DNA of 43,876 nt, from the NCBI GenBank assembly GCA_046715035.1, contig JBKJZR010000168.1:1-43876 (forward strand). Reading direction: 5' to 3'. How positions within the stretch are numbered: the stretch's first letter is position 1; the number at the start of each line of letters is the position of its first letter. The notes under the pieces were generated by a model. The model worked only from the letters and a program-made list of their open reading frames with translations, searched no databases and had not been told where the DNA came from. The position numbers and the translations under genes are program-made. This document shows, piece after piece, positions 37,414-43,876 of the stretch. The DNA is from Burkholderiales bacterium (lineage in GTDB: Bacteria; Pseudomonadota; Gammaproteobacteria; Burkholderiales; SG8-41).

Positions 37414-37854
37414 TCATAGCAAATCCGGCGAAATCGCCGCCCGTAATCGGGCGCGTGTCGCGCGATGCGCAATCCAGACCACCGCGCCCTTTTCGATGCT
37501 CCACTGCTGGACGCTGCCGGTCAGCAATAAGGCCGCGACTTCGCCGAGTGTCGGCTGATGCCCGACGACCACAACGGTGCGGTCATCGCCCGACCAGCCG
37601 CACGCGACCAGTATCGCCTGTGCGGTCGCCGTCGTGCCGATGTCGTCGATCGTCCGGAAGTCGCGGGTCAGGGCCGCTGCGGTTTCCTGTGCGCGCCGGG
37701 CGGGGCTCACCAGCACCCCGGCCGCGTCGGGCAGATGGCGGCGCAGCCATTTGGCCATGCGCGCCGCCTGTTGGTGGCCCTTGGCGCTCAGCGGGCGCTC
37801 GCGATCGGGAGTGCCGTCCTTTGCATCAGCGTGACGCCATAGAATCAGATCCAT
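37414..37854 (-). CDS. sixA: Phosphohistidine phosphatase SixA-like
   Basis: LILWRHADA, R.LS..G, SPARRAQET, VGHQP. Confidence 0.88.
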   Translation of the reverse strand: MDLILWRHADAKDGTPDRERPLSAKGHQQAARMAKWLRRHLPDAAGVLVSPARRAQETAAALTRDFRTIDDIGTTATAQAILVACGWSGDDRTVVVVGHQPTLGEVAALLLTGSVQQWSIEKGAVVWIAHRATRARLRAAISPDLL

Positions 37855-37917
37855 CGCCGCTCCTCAGCGCCTGTAACACAAACGCAGCTTCTTTACCCGT
37901 AACCGGTGGTTCGCGAC

Positions 37918-40002
37918 TCACTCCCCGCCCCGGGCCGCCAGCGCCTCGAGCAGCACCCGCTGCACATCACCGCGCTTGCCGCGCCTGCCTTTGCGGCGTT
38001 TGTATTGGCCGGACGCGTCCATCTCCCAGGCCTCGATGTCGTTCGCCAGAAATGGGCGCAGGCCCTCGCGGATCACACGCCGCTTGAGCCGCGCCTCGAG
38101 GACCGGAAAGCACACTTCGATGCGCCGGAAAAAATTGCGGTCCATCCAGTCGGCACTGGACAGGTAAACATCCTCGGCACCGCCGTTGTAGAAGTAAAAA
38201 ACCCGCGTGTGCTCCAGAAAGCGGCCGAGCACGGAGCGCACGCGGATATTCTCCGAAACGCCGGGTATGCCGGGCCGCAACGCACACACGCCGCGCACGA
38301 TCAGCTCGATCCTGACGCCGGCCTGCGACGCCTCATAGAGGGCGGCGATGATCTCGGGCTCGAGCAGCGCGTTCATCTTGGCGATGATGCGTGCCTTGCC
38401 ACCGCCGGCCGCAATCCTGGTTTCGTTGTGGATGGCTTTCACGCTGCGCTGGTGCAGGGTGAACGGCGCCTGCCACAGGTGCCTGAGCTTCATCGCCTTG
38501 CCGAGGCCCGTCAGCTGCATAAACACCTCGTTCACGTCCGAGCAGACTTCGTCGTTGCAGGTGAAAAGCCCGAAATCCGTATAGAGCGTCGCCGTGCGCG
38601 AATGGTAATTGCCGGTCGAGAGGTGCACATAACGTCTCAGCACCCGCTCTTCGCGCCGCACCACCAGCGCCATTTTAGCGTGCGTCTTGTGCCCTACGAC
38701 GCCATAGATCACGTGCGCGCCGACTTCCTCGAGCCGCTGCGCCCAGTTGATGTTCGCCTCCTCGTCGAACCGCGCCATCAGTTCGAGGATGACGGTCACC
38801 GCCTTGCCGTTGCGCGCGGCGGAAATCAGCAGGTCCATCATCTGCGACTGGGCGCCGGTGCGGTAGACGGTCTGCTTGATCGCGACGACCTGCGGATCGT
38901 TGGCCGCCTGCTCGATGAAGTTGACCACGGGCAGGAAGGATTGATACGGATGGTGCAGCAGGATGTCGCCCCGCCGAATGCAATCGAAGATGTTCGGGAA
39001 GCGCGTCAGCTCGCGCGGGATGCCGGGGACAAACGGCGGAAATTTCAGCTCGGCGCGATCGACCTGCTCCGGAATCTGGATCAGCCGCACGAGGTTGACC
39101 GGACCATTGACCTGATAGAGGTCTTCGTGCGTCAGATTGAATTGCTGCAGCAACGCTTCCGCCATGCGCGGTGAGCACGAATCCGCGACTTCGAGTCGCA
39201 CGCTGTCGCCAAAGTGGCGTTGCAACAGCTCGCCCTGCAGCGCCTTGCGCAGGCTCTTCAGCTCGCGCAGCTCCTCCTCGTCGATGTAAAGATCGCTGTT
39301 GCGGGTAAGCTGAAACTGATAACAGCCCAGCACCGTCATTCCCGGAAACAGCTCCTCGACATGGGCATGCAGGATCGATGACAGGAACACGAAACCGTGC
39401 TCGCAGCCGGATATCGGGCGCGGCAGCGCAATGACGCGCGGCAGCACCCGCGGCGCCTGTACGATAGCCATGCTCGATTTGCGGCCGAAGGCATCCTTGC
39501 CCGCGAGCTCGACCACGAAATTGAGGCTCTTGTTCAGGAGCCGCGGAAACGGATGCGCGGAATCGAGGCCGATCGGCGTGAGCACGGGCATCAGCTCGCG
39601 GAAGAAATATTCCTTGACCCAATCTTTCAGCGCGGCGTGCCACTTGTTGCGGCGCAGAAACCGGATGCCCTCGGTGGCGAGCTGCGGCAGGATGTCGTCG
39701 TTGAGCACCTGGTACTGGCGCGCCACCAGCTCCTGGGTGCGGCGCGAGACCTCGCGAAAAACCTGGCGCGGTGAAATACCGTCCGGCCCGCTGGGCGCGT
39801 TGGCGGCGATCTCTTCCTTAAGACCCGCAACGCGGATCTCGAAAAATTCGTCGAGGTTGCTGTCGACGATGCACAAAAATCGCAGACGCTCGAGCGCGGG
39901 AACGGTGCGATCCTCGGCGAGGCCCAGTACGCGGCGGTTGAATGCGAGCTGGCCGAGCTCGCGATTGAGATAGAGATCGGATGCGACGTGACGTTTGGCC
40001 AT
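37918..40002 (-). CDS. ppk1: Polyphosphate kinase 1
   Basis: YLNRELGQLAFN, NLDEFFEIRVAG, LLHHPY, KTHAK, GRFLEH. Confidence 0.98.
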   Translation of the reverse strand: MAKRHVASDLYLNRELGQLAFNRRVLGLAEDRTVPALERLRFLCIVDSNLDEFFEIRVAGLKEEIAANAPSGPDGISPRQVFREVSRRTQELVARQYQVLNDDILPQLATEGIRFLRRNKWHAALKDWVKEYFFRELMPVLTPIGLDSAHPFPRLLNKSLNFVVELAGKDAFGRKSSMAIVQAPRVLPRVIALPRPISGCEHGFVFLSSILHAHVEELFPGMTVLGCYQFQLTRNSDLYIDEEELRELKSLRKALQGELLQRHFGDSVRLEVADSCSPRMAEALLQQFNLTHEDLYQVNGPVNLVRLIQIPEQVDRAELKFPPFVPGIPRELTRFPNIFDCIRRGDILLHHPYQSFLPVVNFIEQAANDPQVVAIKQTVYRTGAQSQMMDLLISAARNGKAVTVILELMARFDEEANINWAQRLEEVGAHVIYGVVGHKTHAKMALVVRREERVLRRYVHLSTGNYHSRTATLYTDFGLFTCNDEVCSDVNEVFMQLTGLGKAMKLRHLWQAPFTLHQRSVKAIHNETRIAAGGGKARIIAKMNALLEPEIIAALYEASQAGVRIELIVRGVCALRPGIPGVSENIRVRSVLGRFLEHTRVFYFYNGGAEDVYLSSADWMDRNFFRRIEVCFPVLEARLKRRVIREGLRPFLANDIEAWEMDASGQYKRRKGRRGKRGDVQRVLLEALAARGGE

Positions 40003-40107
40003 GCGATGCTTCAGTTCGAAGCCTTGGAGCGCCGGTCCCGTGCTGCGGGCCGAGAGCGAGGCGCAGACGCTCGGTCTTTGCCGCCGCCAGCGGCCGGGCA
40101 GCCGGGA

Positions 40108-40383
40108 TTACTTGCCGGGGGGAGGGACGTAACCTTGTGCCATATCGGCGCCACCGCCGAAGAAGTGCCGTTCCATTTGCTGCGCCAGATAGTCACGCGC
40201 TTTCTTGTCGGCGAGATTCAGCCGATTCTCGTTTACCAGCATCTTCTGCTGCTCGAGCCACTGCTTCCATGCTTCCTTCGAGACACCTTCGAAAATCCGT
40301 TTCCCGAGGTCGCCGGGATAGGGCGGAAAATCAAGACCTTCAGCTTCGCGCCCGAGCTTGACGCACTTGACCGTTCTTGCCAT
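40108..40383 (-). CDS. yggX: Oxidative damage protection / Fe(II)-trafficking protein
   Basis: [37 protein letters not shown]. Confidence 0.95.
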   Translation of the reverse strand: MARTVKCVKLGREAEGLDFPPYPGDLGKRIFEGVSKEAWKQWLEQQKMLVNENRLNLADKKARDYLAQQMERHFFGGGADMAQGYVPPPGK

Positions 40384-40434
40384 GGCAATCCTCCAGACGG
40401 GGCGTCGAGCGAAACCGACCTAGTCCGGTTTCGC

Positions 40435-40468
40435 ATTGTGACAATCGCGTGTTGCAGAATTGTTACAG
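40435..40468 (-). promoter_or_regulatory. Pho box promoter upstream of yggX-ppk1-sixA
   Basis: Minus strand CTGTAAC-AATT-CTGCAAC (40468-40451), then 10 nt, then CACAAT. Confidence 0.65.
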
Positions 40469-40576
40469 CGCACGTCGATTCTATCAGGAATGCGCGAATT
40501 CCTCGGCGGCGGCTGCAGGCACGGTGTGCGCTGTCCTGCGGTGATCGCCATGCGGTTTTTCCATGAATCGTTGTCG

Positions 40577-41896
40577 CTACAGGTGTTTGATGTACACCTG
40601 CGAACGACGCTGGTAGTTGTATAGATCCTGCTTGCGGCGCGGCAATTCCGAGACGGGAGCCGCGACGAAACCGCGCTCCACGAACCAGTGCCCGGTGCGG
40701 GTCGTCAGTACAAACAGTCGCTTGACTTTGTGCTTGCGGGCGCGCGCTTCGATCGCCTGCAACAGTCGCTCGCCGGCACCGGCGCGGCGATGATCGGGGT
40801 GGACGACGAGTCCGGCGAGCTCGGCCATTCCGTTGTCGTACTCGTAAAGACCGGCGCAGCCGATGATCATGCGGTCGTGCTCGAGCACGCAGAAACGGCC
40901 GATCTCGCGCTCGAGCAGTTCCCGCCCGCGTTTCACGAGCGTCCCGTCGGCCTCGAGCGGCTCGAGCAGGCGCAGGATGCCGCCGATGTCTTCGATGCCG
41001 GCCTGGCTCAGCTTTTCCACCGGATCCTGCGTCAGCATCGTGCCCACGCCCTGGCGCGTGAAAAGCTCCAGCAGCAGCGCACCGTGCGCGTGGCGCGAAA
41101 TCAGGTGCGCCCGTTTGACGCCGGCCCGGCACGCGGCGACTGCCCGCGGCAGGTAGCAGTGCACGTCACTCGTGAGCGCAGTGTTGCGCGCGAGCAGCCG
41201 CTCGGCCTCGCTGCACGTCAGCTCGCGCTTGAGCTCCGCACGCTTGCCGGTGACGATGCCGGCCGAATCCATCAAAAATATCAATTTTTCCGCGCCCAGC
41301 GCGATCGCTGCCGAGGCCGCCACGTCCTCGAGGGTCAGATTGAAAATTTCCCCCGTCGGCGAATAGCCGAGCGGCGACAGCAGCACCAGTTCGTTGTGAT
41401 CGAGGCGATCGCTGATGCCGGTCACATCGATCTTGCGCACTTCACCGGCATACATGAGGTCCACTCCGCCGACCACGCCGATCGGCTTTGCGGTCACGAA
41501 ATTCCCCGTGGCGACACGGATGTCGGCGCCCGCCATCGGTGAATTCGGCAATCCCATCGAGAGCAGAGCCTCGATCTCGACGCGGATCCTGCCGCTGGCT
41601 TCCTTGGCGCACGACAGGGCGACTTCGTCCGTGACGCGCACGTCGCCGACGTAGCGGGTGCGGTGCCTGAGCTGCTTCAGCCGGGCGTCGATCTGGGGAC
41701 GCGCCCCGTGCACGAGGACCAGCCGCACACCCAGGCTCGCCAGCAGATTGACATCGTGCGTCAATGCCATGAACTTGCCGTCCGCCACGACCTCGCCGCC
41801 GAACGCGATCACGAAGGTGCGTCCGCCAAAAGCGTGGATGTAAGTCGCCGCGGCGCGAAACCAGCGGACGAAGTCGGCGGGTGCTGACGATGCCAT
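40577..41896 (-). CDS. argA: Amino-acid N-acetyltransferase (N-acetylglutamate synthase)
   Basis: Kinase-like N-domain (LVHGARPQI, LGYSPTGEIFN), ELFTRQGVGT, C-terminal GNAT, YNYQRRS. Confidence 0.97.
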   Translation of the reverse strand: MASSAPADFVRWFRAAATYIHAFGGRTFVIAFGGEVVADGKFMALTHDVNLLASLGVRLVLVHGARPQIDARLKQLRHRTRYVGDVRVTDEVALSCAKEASGRIRVEIEALLSMGLPNSPMAGADIRVATGNFVTAKPIGVVGGVDLMYAGEVRKIDVTGISDRLDHNELVLLSPLGYSPTGEIFNLTLEDVAASAAIALGAEKLIFLMDSAGIVTGKRAELKRELTCSEAERLLARNTALTSDVHCYLPRAVAACRAGVKRAHLISRHAHGALLLELFTRQGVGTMLTQDPVEKLSQAGIEDIGGILRLLEPLEADGTLVKRGRELLEREIGRFCVLEHDRMIIGCAGLYEYDNGMAELAGLVVHPDHRRAGAGERLLQAIEARARKHKVKRLFVLTTRTGHWFVERGFVAAPVSELPRRKQDLYNYQRRSQVYIKHL

Positions 41897-42006
41897 CTTG
41901 AACTATATCAATCCTGAGTAATCAAATAGATGGATATTAAGCGAGAAATTCCCCGGGGAGAAGCGCCAGGGTTGACCCTGCGCATTACACAGGCTATGTT
42001 AGCGTC

Positions 42007-42408
42007 ATGAGTGTAAACCTGCGCCGCCAGACTGCGCGCATTTGCTGCGTTATCACGACCTGCCTGCTGTTCATGCAGTTCGCGGTAGCCGCCTATGCGT
42101 GTCCGGGACTGGGCGCCTCCAGCCTTCCGTCCGCCGCAGTCGTAACCGCACCCTCGGACATGGTCAACGGATGCGAAGTGCTCGACCCGGCAAACCCCAA
42201 CCTGTGTCTGCAGCACTGGCAGGCCGGCAGCCAGCTGCCGGACGCCGCCGCCATCGCCGTTCCACTTTCGAGTTTGGTGGCGATGGCGGAGATAGCGCTG
42301 CCCGATGTCGATGCTACCCTGAGCTCGTTCACTGCCGCCGCGGGTGACCTTCGCGCGCGCGATACTGCACCAGCGATTAACGTCCGCAACTGTTGCTTGC
42401 GGATTTAA
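42007..42408 (+). CDS. Small Cys/His-containing exported protein preceding a metal-efflux operon
   Basis: LFMQFAVAAYACP, PNLCLQHW, C-terminal NCCLRI; TTGACC N17 TATGTT promoter 6 nt upstream. Confidence 0.75.
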   Translation: MSVNLRRQTARICCVITTCLLFMQFAVAAYACPGLGASSLPSAAVVTAPSDMVNGCEVLDPANPNLCLQHWQAGSQLPDAAAIAVPLSSLVAMAEIALPDVDATLSSFTAAAGDLRARDTAPAINVRNCCLRI

Positions 42409-42486
42409 GACCTCCCGACTGCCCGCACGTCACCGCCGCGTCTTTTACGCGGATCGGTGTTTGGTTTGCTGCAATCTGGAGGTCCT

Positions 42487-43836
42487 ATGTACGTCTATTC
42501 CCAAGTCCCGGGCGACCGGGATAGTCCAACGCGCGTAACCGCGCGCCTGCTGCTCACCGGCGTGCTCATGTTCGCCGGTCACCTTCATGCGGGCGAAGCA
42601 CCCCTGACGCTGGCCGAGGCCCAGCGGCTCGCTGTCGAGCGCTCGCGCCAGCTCGACGCCAACGACGCTGTGGTTCTGGCCTCGCGTGAGCTGGCCGTTT
42701 CCGCCGCGCAGAATCCCGACCCCGTGCTGCGGCTCGGAGTCGACAATCTTCCCGTGGACGGCCCTGATCGCTTCAGCATCGGCGCCGATTTCATGACCAT
42801 GCGCAGGATCGGCGTGATGCAGGAATTCACGCGCGCTGAAAAACGCCAGCTGCGCGGCCAGCGCTACGAGCGCGAAGCCGACAAGGCAGTAGCCGAAAAA
42901 TCGGTCACGCTGGCCGATATTCACCGCGATACCGCATTGGCTTGGTTCGATCGCTACTACGCCGAAGCGATGGCAATGCAGATGGCAGAGCAGATCAGAC
43001 AGGCGCAGCTGGAAATCGAGGCCGCCGACAGCGCCTATCGTTCCGGCCGCGGCAGTCAGGCCGAGGTGTTCGTCGCGCGCGCGGCCAAGGTCGCACTGGA
43101 AGACCGCGCCAGCGAGCTGGACCGCAAGGTCCGCACCGCGACGACGGCACTGGCGCGCTGGGTAGGCAGTGGGGCGCAGGCGCTGCTGGGCGCAAAACCT
43201 GCGACCGACACCGTGCCTTTTCACATCCATGCCCTCGATATCGCGCTTGCCCGTCACCCGCGGATCGACGTCCTCGCCAAACAGGTGGAAGTGGCCGCGA
43301 CTGAAGCGAAATTGGCACAAGCGAACAAGAAATCCGACTGGAGCGCCGAAGTGGCCTTCAGTCAGCGAGGCTCGCAATATTCCAACATGGTGTCGTTCGG
43401 CGTTTCCATCCCCCTGCAGTGGGACCGCAGGAACCGGCAGGACCGCGAGGTGGCTGCCAAGCTGTCGCAGGTCGAGCGCGCGCGGGCAGAGCGTGAGGAA
43501 GCGTTGCGCGCCCATGTCGCCGAGGTCAGCGCGATGCTGGGCGAATGGGAGAACACCCGCGCGCGCCAGGCCCGCATCGAGCGCGAAATGGTACCGCTGG
43601 CCGCCGGACGCACGCAGGCGGCCATGAGCGCCTACCGCGGCGGCAAGTCGTCGTTGACCGATGCGCTCGGCGCGCGGCGCAGTGAGATCGAGGTGCGCCT
43701 GCAAGCGCTGCAGTTGGAGCTCGAAGCCGCGCGCCTGTGGGCGCAGCTCGCCTTTCTGCTTCCGCCCGATGAATCCTCGCTGCGTCCCGCGACGCCGGCT
43801 GCGTCCAGTGCGTCCTTCGGCGGAGGTGTCCGATGA
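42487..43836 (+). CDS. TolC family outer-membrane protein (CzcC-like heavy-metal efflux)
   Basis: GGAGG RBS before ATG 42487; LTLAEAQRLA, PDPVLRLG, DFMTMRRIGVMQ, GVSIPL. Confidence 0.88.
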   Translation: MYVYSQVPGDRDSPTRVTARLLLTGVLMFAGHLHAGEAPLTLAEAQRLAVERSRQLDANDAVVLASRELAVSAAQNPDPVLRLGVDNLPVDGPDRFSIGADFMTMRRIGVMQEFTRAEKRQLRGQRYEREADKAVAEKSVTLADIHRDTALAWFDRYYAEAMAMQMAEQIRQAQLEIEAADSAYRSGRGSQAEVFVARAAKVALEDRASELDRKVRTATTALARWVGSGAQALLGAKPATDTVPFHIHALDIALARHPRIDVLAKQVEVAATEAKLAQANKKSDWSAEVAFSQRGSQYSNMVSFGVSIPLQWDRRNRQDREVAAKLSQVERARAEREEALRAHVAEVSAMLGEWENTRARQARIEREMVPLAAGRTQAAMSAYRGGKSSLTDALGARRSEIEVRLQALQLELEAARLWAQLAFLLPPDESSLRPATPAASSASFGGGVR

Positions 43837-43876
43837 AAACAAAAAGACTGGCCATCGCGCTCAGCGTGGCGGGCTT
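43833..43876 (+). CDS. Start of next operon gene, probably an efflux periplasmic adaptor (partial)
   Basis: ATGA overlap with the TolC stop, GGAGG RBS, MKTKRLAIALSVAG signal/anchor-like start; product inferred from context only. Confidence 0.55.
   Translation, partial: MKTKRLAIALSVAG

Noticed and set aside
41972-42000. MerR/CueR-type promoter
   Set aside because: Best spacer is 17 bp rather than 19-20 bp and the dyad is weak.
1-43876. tRNA or rRNA genes
   Set aside because: No cloverleaf/T-loop or rRNA signature seen in the intergenic regions.

Overview
High-GC, probably betaproteobacterial chromosomal window, mostly housekeeping genes. In order: GNAT, lipid A acyltransferase, methyl-cycle cluster (metK, SAH riboswitch, ahcY, metF) interrupted by a VapBC toxin-antitoxin pair and a probable Type III R-M deletion scar, ABC exporter, orphan solute-binding lipoprotein, RND efflux operon with a divergent AcrR-like repressor, class V aminotransferase, ttcA, pteridine reductase, MidA-like methyltransferase, diheme cytochrome c, two GSTs, cca, NDUFA9-like protein, slt, ilvA, rpiA, a Pho-box-flanked polyphosphate cluster (phoU-ppx and yggX-ppk1-sixA), argA, and the start of a heavy-metal efflux operon. 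Most unusual items: (1) a four-gene candidate trans-envelope signalling module (two secreted CsgG/FlgT-fold-like proteins, a membrane Ser/Thr kinase with a large periplasmic region, and a convergent adenylate cyclase-FHA protein); (2) a Cro-like HTH fused in frame to a class V aminotransferase; (3) a composite MITE/palindrome repeat present twice, one copy splitting the pteridine reductase gene from its original start codon; (4) an unassigned structured leader plus small ORF upstream of the ABC exporter. All family assignments are by eye from motifs; no database searches were run.
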